Positions 41,779 through 51,313 of a DNA stretch of 64,000 nt are shown in pieces. The notes below the pieces were generated by a model. That model saw only the letters and a program-made list of their open reading frames with translations, had not been told where the DNA came from and searched no databases. The translations under genes were made by a program, and so were the position numbers. The DNA is from Bythopirellula sp. (GTDB lineage: Bacteria > Planctomycetota > Planctomycetia > Pirellulales > Lacipirellulaceae): the NCBI GenBank assembly GCA_965216565.1, contig OZ244170.1, positions 3,328,001 to 3,392,000 on the forward strand. Direction: 5' to 3'. Position 1 is the stretch's first letter, and each line of letters opens with the position of its first letter.

Positions 41779-42019
41779 TTCGTTTCGCTGGAGGACTTAG
41801 AACCGCGTTCTCCCGCCCTGCCCTACAGACCTTGCTAGCAATACCAGCAAGCGGCAACTCCAAAATGTAAATCTGTAACGGTTAGCTTCAAACTTCTCAA
41901 TCAACCGCCAGTAACGGTTCGATCAATTCTCCGTAGCGGTGCGCCGTAATTCTTGGGCGTCCTCGCTCGTCGTGTACTTTGGGGGTGCGCGGCAACTCAT
42001 TGCTTCTACTCTTGCTGCT

Positions 42020-42033
42020 GAACAAGGACGTTC
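42020..42033 (+). promoter_or_regulatory. Candidate CsrA-binding hairpin over the SD of the pentaheme cytochrome gene
   Basis: GAAC-AAGGAC-GTTC: ANGGA hexaloop closed by a C-G pair, 5 nt before ATG 42039. Confidence 0.45.
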
Positions 42034-42038
42034 GCTGC

Positions 42039-44675
42039 ATGGTGCGAAATAGGTTGGGAAAACACAGAAATCCTGTGGTGTTGTTCGGCTCAGTGCTGCT
42101 ACTGAGCGCCGTGGTAGGCGTTTGGCACGCGGAACAGGTCGAGCAGGAGCGCCTTGCGCGGATTTCGGCTTCTAGTTCGTCTTCTGCCCTGTCCATCAAT
42201 GAAGCTGGACAGAACTTCGAGCAAGATATCGAAGAAGAGGCCTATCTGGTCGAAATGCAAAAAGCCCTGGCTCAGGCCGGTTGTCCAGGGTGGATGACGC
42301 TAGCCAGCGAAGGCGAAGCGGCGCTGCACCCTCCAGAATCTGGCGGCGACATCCAGCAAGTCGCGCATGCCCAACCGGTGACAGCAAGTGAACTCACTGA
42401 GAGAACGGTTCCGCGTGTTTCTTATCCCGTCCCGGTAAGAGTTGCCAGCAGGCCGCGGATCTCGGTAGCCTTGCGCGAAGCTCATCCCGTGGCAGGATCG
42501 CCAGAAGATCCCGATGACTTGCTCGATGGCCAACCTGACCTGCTGAGCACCCCTGCAGGAGATCATGCAGAAGAATCAGAACCGCAGGCACCACCGCAAC
42601 CGCCAGCGGAAAGTGCTAGCACGAACGAGAACGTTCCCGAGCAGCCGCAGTCAGCGCCCGCCAATCAGCCAGCACCAAGAGTGCAACCTCCCACCACACC
42701 AGCTCCGCCTGCCGTGGAAGTGCCTCCTTCGGCTACGCAAACTCCCACGATCACCGGGCCCGATCTTAGTTTGCCGTCTGTAGAAATGCCTACGAGTGAA
42801 CAGCCCGTCAATGTCCCGCTTGATTTGACTCCCCCGGCTAAAGAACCCGCGGAGCCGGTCCAGCCCAAGCCCGTCTTCAGCTCCCCGCCAGCTGCCAAAC
42901 AGACAAGCCCCAGTGTCCCGAGACAGGAAACCATCGAGGCGCCTGCGCCGTCTCCATTTTCGCCTCCACCCCGTCCCGCGGCCCCCCACTCGGTTTCTGC
43001 CCCGGCCAAGAAAGACAAGGCAACTTCGCATTGCGAATTCGTGGCACAGAACTGCTTTCCCACTGCCGAGGCATGTTCGAAGTGCCACGAGAAAATCTAT
43101 GACGAATGGCGCGGGTCGAGCCATGCCTACGCGGCCATCTCGCCAATGTTTCATAAATTCGAGCAGAAAATCAACGATCTCTCGCAGGGAACGATCGGCT
43201 ACTTCTGCTATCGCTGTCACATGCCCGTGGGCACCACGATGGGCGTCTCACGCGACGCACCGCTATGGGATTTGCCTCAGGTAGCTCGCGAAGGTGTCAC
43301 CTGTGTGGCCTGCCATCGAGTGAATCAGCGCTATAGCAAGGTCAACGGCGAACGTCGCATCGAGCCAGGCAACATCCACGCACCCGTTTATGGTTCCATC
43401 GGCGGTGGCGGCGTTGCCGAAGTGTTGGCACACAAGAATGAATTCAAGGTGAAGACGCATCCCAACGAGCCTGGCCCGGGACAAGACATTCACGTTGCCG
43501 GCTATTACTTCGATCAATTGCACAAGGCGGAGTTCTGTGTTTCGTGTCACCAGGTGGCCGTGCATCCAGGCATCAAGCTGGAGGTTGTGTGGGAGCAATA
43601 CCGCGCTTCGCCCGCTTGCAAGAAAGGCATCTCCTGTCAGGACTGCCACATGGGTCGGCTCCCGGGCGTGCCTAGCGGTTACGAGTATGATTCAGCCGCC
43701 GTAGTGAATGGCAAGAGTGTTAACAAACATCGCAAGCATGCCAATCACATGTTCTACGGACCGGGCTATTCGATTGCCCATCCCGGCATCTTCCCGCACA
43801 ACCCTAAAGCAAAACGCTGGTCGATGCGCGAGTGGCTGCTGTTCGATTACCGCAATGGCTGGGGAACAGAAGAATTTGAAGAACGAGTTGCCAACGGACA
43901 AATCCGCTTGAATTTCCCGCCAGTGTGGGCAGAAGCCGACGACCGCTACGATGCTCGCGAGATCGTCGAGGACAACCAAACGAAGCTATCCGAAAAGGCG
44001 TTGATGCGTCAGCAGCTGATGGAAAACGGATCGCATGTGGATGGACCCTTCTTCGATGGACCCCAAGCGCGCGGTCGCGATTTGGAATTTCACTACATCG
44101 TTACCAACACGAACGAAGGTCATAATCTGCCGAGTGGTTCCTTAGGTGCTCAGCCTCAACTTTGGGCCAACGTGGCCCTTATCGGTCCGCGAGGGAACCG
44201 ACTGTGGGAATCGGGATACACCGACCGGTGGGGGGATGTCGCGGACATCCACTCTGAGGACGTGCGTCATAAAAGAATTCCCTACGACTGGCAACTATTC
44301 AATCTACAAACGATGTTCCTCATTACCGGTGCCAAAGGTACCGACCGTGAGTTCCCCTTACCGGTGAATGTTGACTTCGATCAGCTCCCCTACCTGCGTC
44401 CCGGGGCCCAGCCAATTTCGGTATTGAACCATCCACCGTTTATTCGCATGGAAGGGCGCTCGCTGCCGCCGCTCGGCTCGCGGCAGGTGCCGTACAAAGT
44501 CCCCGGCCACTTGATGCAAGAGCCCGGTTGCTACCGGTTGTCGTTCCGAATGCGAAGCCGAGCCGAACCGATCTACTTCATGCGTTTTTGCGACGCGACC
44601 AAGGAAATGCAACGCGCCATGAATGAATGGATGGTCGACTTTCACCAATCGTCGGTGCAATTCATCGTTAAATAA
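42039..44675 (+). CDS. Pentaheme c-type cytochrome (c554/c552-like core) with long Pro-rich N-terminal linker
   Basis: CSKCH, CYRCH, CVACH, CVSCH, CQDCH; N-terminal hydrophobic signal/anchor; GHNLPSG motif; AAGGA SD supports start 42039. Confidence 0.88.
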   Translation: MVRNRLGKHRNPVVLFGSVLLLSAVVGVWHAEQVEQERLARISASSSSSALSINEAGQNFEQDIEEEAYLVEMQKALAQAGCPGWMTLASEGEAALHPPESGGDIQQVAHAQPVTASELTERTVPRVSYPVPVRVASRPRISVALREAHPVAGSPEDPDDLLDGQPDLLSTPAGDHAEESEPQAPPQPPAESASTNENVPEQPQSAPANQPAPRVQPPTTPAPPAVEVPPSATQTPTITGPDLSLPSVEMPTSEQPVNVPLDLTPPAKEPAEPVQPKPVFSSPPAAKQTSPSVPRQETIEAPAPSPFSPPPRPAAPHSVSAPAKKDKATSHCEFVAQNCFPTAEACSKCHEKIYDEWRGSSHAYAAISPMFHKFEQKINDLSQGTIGYFCYRCHMPVGTTMGVSRDAPLWDLPQVAREGVTCVACHRVNQRYSKVNGERRIEPGNIHAPVYGSIGGGGVAEVLAHKNEFKVKTHPNEPGPGQDIHVAGYYFDQLHKAEFCVSCHQVAVHPGIKLEVVWEQYRASPACKKGISCQDCHMGRLPGVPSGYEYDSAAVVNGKSVNKHRKHANHMFYGPGYSIAHPGIFPHNPKAKRWSMREWLLFDYRNGWGTEEFEERVANGQIRLNFPPVWAEADDRYDAREIVEDNQTKLSEKALMRQQLMENGSHVDGPFFDGPQARGRDLEFHYIVTNTNEGHNLPSGSLGAQPQLWANVALIGPRGNRLWESGYTDRWGDVADIHSEDVRHKRIPYDWQLFNLQTMFLITGAKGTDREFPLPVNVDFDQLPYLRPGAQPISVLNHPPFIRMEGRSLPPLGSRQVPYKVPGHLMQEPGCYRLSFRMRSRAEPIYFMRFCDATKEMQRAMNEWMVDFHQSSVQFIVK

Positions 44676-44707
44676 GAACCATTGAATTAGCGACAAGCTC
44701 CCCAGAC

Positions 44708-46591
44708 ATGCCATCGCAATCCCATAGCTTCGAAGCAGCAATACTCAGGCGACTGATTTTGTCGACCCTGATCTTGCTGTCGATGTGTGGGCTAGCAAAG
44801 GCCGAGGCCTCAGGGCAACCTCTCTTTGAAGAGCCGGCAGCTCGCCTGGCTCAACGTTGCGGGCCCTACTCGAATTGTTGGCCGCGAGTTGAGGGACGCG
44901 ATTGCAAAACTTCGCTGCTGCCATCGACCACAACAGGCCCGTTGGAATCGCCCCTATTCGGACCGCCGCAGGTAACGCGTCCGCTAATCGGTCCGCCTCT
45001 ATTGCGACTTCCTCCCGTCCATGGCTGCCCACCCGATAAATGCCCGCCTCCATCTGCGCCGGGCTATATGGCCAGCCCGTTCCGGTTCGGGATCGCTTCG
45101 CCCGTTCCACCAGCAGTGGTTTCGGCGCACGCTCCGCCTTGGGAACAACTGCCCACGCAAGCGGAGCTCAAGGGCAAGGTGATGCGTGCCACGCCGCATC
45201 GTGCCGATTGTCGTAGTTCGCATGGGCAATATAGTAGCGGCGACTTCACGCCCGATCCCTTCTACAATGGCAATTGGGAAGTCTGTCAGGAGTTGGGCAT
45301 CTATGGCAACAAACGTCTCAATCCCGTCCAACGCCCGGCCATCGAATGGGGCTTGCCCTTCTATTTGAATGGCCCCATCCCGCGTTCCGAAACATGGCTT
45401 GGGAAAACCAACCTGGTGCAACCCAAGTTCTATGTCTACGGCGACTACCGGTCGGCGATGGCATACAACGACTTCAACGGCAATGACCAATCTATTTGGG
45501 CGAACCGTTTGAATTTGGATATCGATCTATGGATTACTTCTACAGAGCGATTCCATATGTTCTGGGGACCGCTCGACGAACGGCTCGAATTCACTAGCCT
45601 CGTCTACGACAATGGTGAGGTAAACAGAAACGATGCCTGGGATGGCTGGGACCAGCGTACCGATACGATGTTTTTCGAGGGCGATCTGGGCTACATCCTC
45701 GGCGGACTACAAGGCATCGAAGCCCCCTTCGACCTGCCGTTTGCCGTCGGCTTGATTCCGCTGGTTTATCAAAATGGTATTTGGATCGAAGACGCATTCG
45801 TCGGCGCGGCCATGACGATTCCCGCCAGAAACAACCCGACGCTAGATTGGTCCAACTTTGATACCACTGTGTTTGTTGGCTTTGACGAAGTCACAAACAA
45901 TCAAGCTTTTAACAATGACAACCGTGCCGCCAATATCGTAGGCGTCACGACGCAAATCGAACGTCGGGGCGGGTATTTCGAATTTGGCTACGCCTTTCTC
46001 GATGATGACGAGCAGCTAGGCCGCAGTTTCCATAGCATCGGTGCGTCCTACACCAGACGCTATTTGAATCTCCTTTCCAATTCAGTCCGCACCCTAGTGA
46101 ACACGGGCCAGGACGGGCCGCGCGATTTGCGGCCTGCAGATGGCGTGTTGGTGCTCGTCGAAAATAGCTTCCTCACTCGCAATCCTTACAACGTAATCCC
46201 CTATGCCAACTTCTTTGCCGGCTTCGGTACGCCCCGGTCAGCCGCTCGCCTGCAGGGGCCTCTGAAGAACACCGGCATCAATTTCGAGTCCGACTTGCTC
46301 ACCGGCTACCCTCTGTTGGACGACACAGGGAACAACACCTACGGCGGTGCGATCGGCGTCGATCTCCTGGGCTGGGATTTCGAGCAGCAGTTGATTCTGG
46401 AGTTTGCCTTCTTGCAAGCATTCGACGACGCCGCGAGCCGCGCTGCTCCGGGAGATCAGTATGCCGCCGGTATCCGCTACCAAAAGCCGCTGAGTCACAC
46501 GCTAATTTTCCGCGCCGACGCGATGCATGGCTGGCTGGAAAACGCCGAGGACATCAGCGGTGCCCGCATGGAACTGAGGCGGAAGTTCTAG
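44708..46591 (+). CDS. Putative outer-membrane beta-barrel protein
   Basis: Signal peptide; alternating amphipathic strands (FYVYGDYR, LNLDIDLW, YFEFGYAFL, LILEFAFL, IRYQKPL); C-terminal ARMELRRKF ends in Phe. Confidence 0.7.
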   Translation: MPSQSHSFEAAILRRLILSTLILLSMCGLAKAEASGQPLFEEPAARLAQRCGPYSNCWPRVEGRDCKTSLLPSTTTGPLESPLFGPPQVTRPLIGPPLLRLPPVHGCPPDKCPPPSAPGYMASPFRFGIASPVPPAVVSAHAPPWEQLPTQAELKGKVMRATPHRADCRSSHGQYSSGDFTPDPFYNGNWEVCQELGIYGNKRLNPVQRPAIEWGLPFYLNGPIPRSETWLGKTNLVQPKFYVYGDYRSAMAYNDFNGNDQSIWANRLNLDIDLWITSTERFHMFWGPLDERLEFTSLVYDNGEVNRNDAWDGWDQRTDTMFFEGDLGYILGGLQGIEAPFDLPFAVGLIPLVYQNGIWIEDAFVGAAMTIPARNNPTLDWSNFDTTVFVGFDEVTNNQAFNNDNRAANIVGVTTQIERRGGYFEFGYAFLDDDEQLGRSFHSIGASYTRRYLNLLSNSVRTLVNTGQDGPRDLRPADGVLVLVENSFLTRNPYNVIPYANFFAGFGTPRSAARLQGPLKNTGINFESDLLTGYPLLDDTGNNTYGGAIGVDLLGWDFEQQLILEFAFLQAFDDAASRAAPGDQYAAGIRYQKPLSHTLIFRADAMHGWLENAEDISGARMELRRKF

Positions 46592-46621
46592 GGTGCACAG
46601 AGTCCACTGCGCGTGTCGTTG

Positions 46622-46918
46622 CTATTGAGATCCCAGATTGAACGGCTTGTCCCGAGCACCATGCACAACGGCAAGGATTTCCGATCTTTGTGATTCGACA
46701 CGGTAAATGATTCGATAAGAACCTTCAATTACTTGCCGTATGTTTGTGTCTTTGAACTCGGGTACGAGTTGGCCCAATTCCGGTGCCGTCGAAATCTGTT
46801 TCGTACGTGCGGTAATACGATCGACCATGCGTAAAGCATATCGTTCCGAATCACCAGCAATGTACTCGTAAATGTCTGTCAGGTGCGAGATAGCGGTAGC
46901 CGTCCATACCACTTTCAT
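46622..46918 (-). CDS. Type II toxin, RelE/ParE family
   Basis: MKVVWTATA..HL..IYEYIA.DS...A...P..G..VPE....IR......YRIIYR.....ILAVVHGARD. Confidence 0.88.
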   Translation of the reverse strand: MKVVWTATAISHLTDIYEYIAGDSERYALRMVDRITARTKQISTAPELGQLVPEFKDTNIRQVIEGSYRIIYRVESQRSEILAVVHGARDKPFNLGSQ

Positions 46919-47112
46919 AGCTTCAGACCAAACTGTAATCGCAATTGTTCAACATCCACGACGCGATCCTCTGCGGCGTCCTGCATGCCTGATTCAACGC
47001 ACTGTCGCACGTAAATTCGATACATGAGATCGTCCCAAGTCGCATCCTCAGGCAGCTCTTTGATTATTTCAAAAGCATCGGATCTGATGTTTGGCGAGTT
47101 GGCACTAGCCAT
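46915..47112 (-). CDS. Putative antitoxin
   Basis: 65 aa acidic protein (LPEDATWDDLMYRIYVRQ.VE.G) overlapping the toxin start by ATGA. Confidence 0.8.
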   Translation of the reverse strand: MASANSPNIRSDAFEIIKELPEDATWDDLMYRIYVRQCVESGMQDAAEDRVVDVEQLRLQFGLKL

Positions 47113-47442
47113 GACTGATTCCTCGAAAAGCCTAGAAAACCGTAGCCGTTAACCCGATTCATTCTACATAACATAGTGCTCCAGGGCGATTATGTTCCTA
47201 CATTCAACGGTTTGCGGTCTTTTGCTTGCACGGGGCTCAAAACCGGCTATCTTGGTAGGTAGAGTTCCATCGGTGAAGTAGCAAAAAATCTGGCAACGCT
47301 AATACAAATAGAATCAACAGTCGAAGGCGTTTGGACATTTCCCGCATAGCGGGGACAGTCCTAACGCCTTTTTCTATTGGCTCGCGAAAATCCTGGCCGG
47401 CGCGTAAGCAACGCGACTCATTTCTTGCCCAGGAACCACTAC

Positions 47443-47514
47443 ATTTACATTGGCAACACTATTTACATTGGCAACACTATTTACATTGGCAACACTACTT
47501 ACATTGGCAGCACT
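47443..47514 (+). repeat. Tandem repeat, 4 x 18 bp (ATTTACATTGGCAACACT)
   Basis: Three exact copies at 47443, 47461 and 47479, and one copy with 2 mismatches at 47497; abuts the GAGGAG SD. Confidence 0.95.
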
Positions 47515-47531
47515 GAGGAGAAGAGATTCCT

Positions 47532-48134
47532 ATGATTCGAAAGCGTATTAGTCTGCACTTGGTAATCGCATCACTTGTTATCGCACCCGGCGCATCGGCA
47601 CTCGCTCAAACTATTTGGACAGGTCCAGATGTCGTGGTCGACCAGCCGGCCGGCGCGCCTCTCTCGGTCGTCGACGTCCTGATCCCGGGCGTAGCTTCGC
47701 TAACTCGCAATAGCACGGGATTATTGTGCAATACCTTGAATGGTGATACCTGTGCGTCATTTCAGGCGATCCCCTCTGATTTTGAGTTTGCGTTCTCCAA
47801 TCTCAATGGCAACGGTCCGATTGTGTATGGCTCGGCAGCGAACTTTGCGAATTTTACGTTTTCTAACATGGATAGTGCCTTCCCGAACCGGGTGGGCAAC
47901 GATCTGCCGAATCCGCAAAATGGCTTGCCCCCGGTGGCTGGAATTGGGCATCACCTCTCCAGCGATACCTACTTCGACATCGAGTTCTCGAATTGGGGCC
48001 AAGGTCCCCGTGGCAACAATCAGCCCGGTGCCTTCACCTACCGACGTTCTTCCGCCGTGCCGGAGCCGACTTCCATCGCACTTTGCACGCTACTTGGCAC
48101 CTGCGTCTTAGCGAGTGTCCGACAACGAAACTAG
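47532..48134 (+). CDS. Small PEP-CTERM protein
   Basis: Signal peptide; C-terminal VPEPTSIALCTLLG...RQR. Confidence 0.85.
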   Translation: MIRKRISLHLVIASLVIAPGASALAQTIWTGPDVVVDQPAGAPLSVVDVLIPGVASLTRNSTGLLCNTLNGDTCASFQAIPSDFEFAFSNLNGNGPIVYGSAANFANFTFSNMDSAFPNRVGNDLPNPQNGLPPVAGIGHHLSSDTYFDIEFSNWGQGPRGNNQPGAFTYRRSSAVPEPTSIALCTLLGTCVLASVRQRN

Positions 48135-48153
48135 AAGCAGTTTCAGAATCAAT

Positions 48154-48250
48154 GAGCCGAACGCGCTAGTTGAAAATCCGCCATGGCGGGCGTCGGGTGG
48201 CATCAGAACAACACCTAGACTTACGCTACCCGCGGCTAGCGCCGTCGGCT
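48154..48250. repeat. REP-like imperfect inverted repeat
   Basis: GAGCCGAACGCGCTAG...CGTCGGGT versus ACCCGCGGCTAGCGCCGTCGGCT; the left arm is interrupted by a segment containing the palindrome CCGCCATGGCGG. Confidence 0.55.
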
Positions 48251-48311
48251 TACATAGAACTATTTTCGGTTCTTGAAACTGGTTCTAGTACTCCAGCACA
48301 GGATGAGCTTG

Positions 48312-48386
48312 AAAAGGGGACAGGCACGACGACCCGACGTTTGCTCAAACGCAGGTCGTTATCGTGCGTCGAGCCAGTCCCCTTTC
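48312..48386. repeat. REP-like hairpin element
   Basis: AAAGGGGACAGGC...GCCAGTCCCCTTT outer arms, with an inner ACGACC..CGTTTG/CAAACG..GGTCGT stem. Confidence 0.65.
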
Positions 48387-48413
48387 TACGACTCCCGGAC
48401 CTGCGCAGTAGTA

Positions 48414-50444
48414 TTAATGTCCCCCCACATGATAGCGATGGCAGGTAAGGCAACTGTCGCCGGCCGCTTGTTGCGTGTGGCACTCCGCGCAGCTTGCACG
48501 GGTGATAGGCTCAAAGCCGTAGACTGCCTTGTGCGGAGAGTCGCCCTCATAGTTCGACTTGGTGATTGCCGTTGTGCTGATCGCATGACAAGCCTGGCAA
48601 TCGGCAAGGCTGGCTTGTGATAAATGGGGGCTGTGATTGAACACGGTGAAGTCGCGTCCACGATCGGTCGACTGTTTCGCCAGCCAATTGATTTCGAACT
48701 CACCGCTCTCTAGCCGATCGAGACTATGACAACTACCGCACTGCCCTGCCGCGGTCGGCACAAGCTGTTGTCGCAAGAGGGGCTCGGCAATCGCTGCGTG
48801 CGTGCCTTCAGCAGCTTCAGCCAACACATCGAGCCACGCAGTCAGAAACGGATCGGCGTGGCCCGTGGGTTGGTAGCGGATCGAAAGCGTCAAGTCGTCG
48901 CGGAACCAACCCCCGGCCGCTACCTTTTGTCGTGCTGCCGCCCGATCTTGGGCGCCTGCCGCAGAACTGTTCGCTGGCGTTGACTGCCGAGGTGGCATTT
49001 TCCGACGCGCCGCGATTTCGGCCGGCAAATCATTCAGCCATTGCGAACTGAGAGCGGCAACGTTCTCTGGCGCCAATCGCGCCGCAAGCCGCGAGAGTTC
49101 CGCCCCGCTGAGATCTCTCCCCAAAAGGGCTTGCAACCGTTCTTCAATCGCTTGCTGGCCGTGCGTTTCCAGATCGTAATATAGCTCCTTGGCTGCCCAG
49201 ACAATCTCAGCGGCAGCCGCTAGTAGCACTTCGTCGTCGGGATCGATGTCGAAAAAGTCGAAATCAACGCCCACTTGTTTCATCGCCGCGGCTGCCTTCG
49301 GATCGCTGGCGATCAGCAGCTTGGTGATTGGAGGCAGTGCTCCGTCGAACTCGTCGCCGGCCTCCGCGGGCCACTGCCCAATCCCATGGCCACTGTCGGC
49401 CAAAGTTTCCGTCTCGAGCATCGGCAATGTAAAGATCGGAACACCTGCCACCCAACTGTTCGCCAAGTCTTCGTCATGGCACTTCGCACACGATGCTTCG
49501 TAAGGCAAAGTTTGCTGGAATGCACCGGTCTCGTCGGTCGTGTGACACAGCGCGCAATCAAAATCTTGTTTCGATTCCACAAAGTGTTTCGCCTGATGCG
49601 AGCTATGATCGAACACAATGCGGGTTCGCCGTTGAGCGGGCCAGGCGGTAAACTCCGGATGATCGGTCGCAAAGCTCTCGTATTGCTCGGCATGACAAGA
49701 TTGGCAGGCCGAGTCGCTCATCCAGCTCAAATTGTGCTCGGCTCCGTGATGTTCGCGATGACACGTGCTGCACGCCAATGGCTCGGTGGGGTCGACATCG
49801 CGGTGAGTCGCAGGCATGACTGTCTCGGATTGGCCACTTGTTAGTAATACCTGCGGTTCGATATTGTGAGCCCACAGCTCGGTCCCCTGCTCGATTTGCT
49901 TGCGGTGGCACTCCATGCAGAGTTCCGACTGGGTGGGCTGCGCCAATTCAGGATGGGTCGCATGGCCGATCCATTCTCCAACCGTCTGATTGCCGGCCGC
50001 ATGACAAGTGGCACAGCGATCGGTCGCGTGCCCCTCGGCCAACAGTTGGGCATGGTGGGTGGTCAGTTCCCCCGGTGCCAGGAACTCGTTCCGCCAGTCG
50101 GCACTCAGAATGACAATCAGTGCCCCCAGCGAAAACAGCAAACACCCCCAAACAAACCGCCGACGCTGCAGACGCAGCGACATCAACGGCTGGCATTGGT
50201 AAATGTGCGAACAATGGCCCTCGGGCGAGGGACCATCGTCGCAAGGACCTCCTCGACCGGGCGAGCGGTTGCACTTCCAGCGCTCCCCTTCCAGCACGGG
50301 GTGGCAAGCCGCCGCTTGCGGACATCGACCCAGCCGCGACGGACCAACCGGGCACGACCCGTGCTCGTCGTCGAGCGCGCACATCCATGCCTGGTTCGGT
50401 CGTTCGTAGGAATCGCCCTGGAAGTCTTGTAATTTGTCTCTCAC
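48414..50444 (-). CDS. Membrane-anchored decaheme c-type cytochrome with Cys-rich N-terminal domain
   Basis: Ten CxxCH motifs (CATCH, CMECH, CSTCH, CQSCH, CALCH, CAKCH, CGSCH, CQACH, CAECH, CLTCH); one TM after RLQRRR; GTG start overlaps the upstream stop (GTGA). Confidence 0.9.
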   Translation of the reverse strand: MRDKLQDFQGDSYERPNQAWMCALDDEHGSCPVGPSRLGRCPQAAACHPVLEGERWKCNRSPGRGGPCDDGPSPEGHCSHIYQCQPLMSLRLQRRRFVWGCLLFSLGALIVILSADWRNEFLAPGELTTHHAQLLAEGHATDRCATCHAAGNQTVGEWIGHATHPELAQPTQSELCMECHRKQIEQGTELWAHNIEPQVLLTSGQSETVMPATHRDVDPTEPLACSTCHREHHGAEHNLSWMSDSACQSCHAEQYESFATDHPEFTAWPAQRRTRIVFDHSSHQAKHFVESKQDFDCALCHTTDETGAFQQTLPYEASCAKCHDEDLANSWVAGVPIFTLPMLETETLADSGHGIGQWPAEAGDEFDGALPPITKLLIASDPKAAAAMKQVGVDFDFFDIDPDDEVLLAAAAEIVWAAKELYYDLETHGQQAIEERLQALLGRDLSGAELSRLAARLAPENVAALSSQWLNDLPAEIAARRKMPPRQSTPANSSAAGAQDRAAARQKVAAGGWFRDDLTLSIRYQPTGHADPFLTAWLDVLAEAAEGTHAAIAEPLLRQQLVPTAAGQCGSCHSLDRLESGEFEINWLAKQSTDRGRDFTVFNHSPHLSQASLADCQACHAISTTAITKSNYEGDSPHKAVYGFEPITRASCAECHTQQAAGDSCLTCHRYHVGGH

Positions 50445-51265
50445 AGCACTCCCCCATCGAACAGGTGGGCGAGCACTCCGTGCAATGCCGCGAGTAACAA
50501 GAGTGGATAGGTAAGACCGATGTGCAAGAACAACCACATCTTCAACCGCCACTGCAAAGCGGAGTGAAAGTCGAGATCGTCGCGGCGGCGAATCAACGCG
50601 AACAACTGCTCGCAATACTGCTGTTCGGCGCTGGAAAGGTAACGACCGATTGAAGTGAGGCCTGCCAAATGAGACCGGCGCAATTCGCTGTTAGGCTTCA
50701 GATAGTATCCGAGCCGACGTGGCCGCTCGAAGTATGACTGCAAGTTCTCTGCGTAGTATTCGCCCAAGGTGGTCGCGCCTGAGGAGCGTACCGCCGCCAG
50801 CGCGACTTGCTGGGCCCGCTCCTGCAACTGGCTCCGCAGCATGGGGATGCGCTCGTAAATCACTTCCTCAGCAACGTTGGCCAGCTTGGGTGGCAACGTC
50901 CTGGTCCAATAGAGCCCTAGCAACCCACTGGCAAAGGTTAGCCCATAGAGCACGGCGAGAATCGTCTCCAAACTTCCATTGGGTAACCGCCAGGAAATAT
51001 GCATTCCAAAGACAGCCGCAGATGCCAGGCCGACATAAATATGTGTTTGCAACCAGGCGGCCGAGGACCCCCACGATGCCACCGGGATTTTTTTGCGCAG
51101 ATTATAAGCCGCCAAGAATAGCAGAGCGGCGAGGAGCAGATAGCCTGTCTGGAAATCGGTGCGTGCCAGCCGATAGTCCTGCCAGCGACACCAAATCGCA
51201 ACCGCTGCCACCGCGGCAATCGCAATGGCTGAATTTCGTAGTCTCCGACTGACGAATGATCTCAT
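50441..51265 (-). CDS. Integral membrane protein, His-rich (ferric-reductase/cytochrome b-like)
   Basis: About 5 TM segments; His pairs WLQTHIYVG...GMH and WLFLHIGL...ALH; YNLRKK loop. Confidence 0.75.
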   Translation of the reverse strand: MRSFVSRRLRNSAIAIAAVAAVAIWCRWQDYRLARTDFQTGYLLLAALLFLAAYNLRKKIPVASWGSSAAWLQTHIYVGLASAAVFGMHISWRLPNGSLETILAVLYGLTFASGLLGLYWTRTLPPKLANVAEEVIYERIPMLRSQLQERAQQVALAAVRSSGATTLGEYYAENLQSYFERPRRLGYYLKPNSELRRSHLAGLTSIGRYLSSAEQQYCEQLFALIRRRDDLDFHSALQWRLKMWLFLHIGLTYPLLLLAALHGVLAHLFDGGVL

Positions 51266-51313
51266 ACCGATACAAGTGGACTTAGCTAATGGTTCATGTT
51301 GAACGACGACAAA

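Noticed and set aside
47450..47470. Sigma-54 promoter within the repeat (TGGCA)
   Set aside because: The -12 position reads TTTA rather than TTGC.
47443..47514. Possible CRISPR array
   Set aside because: Units are contiguous with no spacers, only 18 bp long, and no cas genes are present.
44708..50444. MtrAB assignment
   Set aside because: The decaheme is TM-anchored, much longer than MtrA, has a heme-free middle region and lies on the opposite strand from the barrel; no MtrB resemblance is evident by eye.
50445..50615. N-terminal extensions in the ORF track (also 21208-21393, 41029-41196, 41979-42038)
   Set aside because: They overlap other genes or are non-protein-like; downstream starts have better SD or coupling support.
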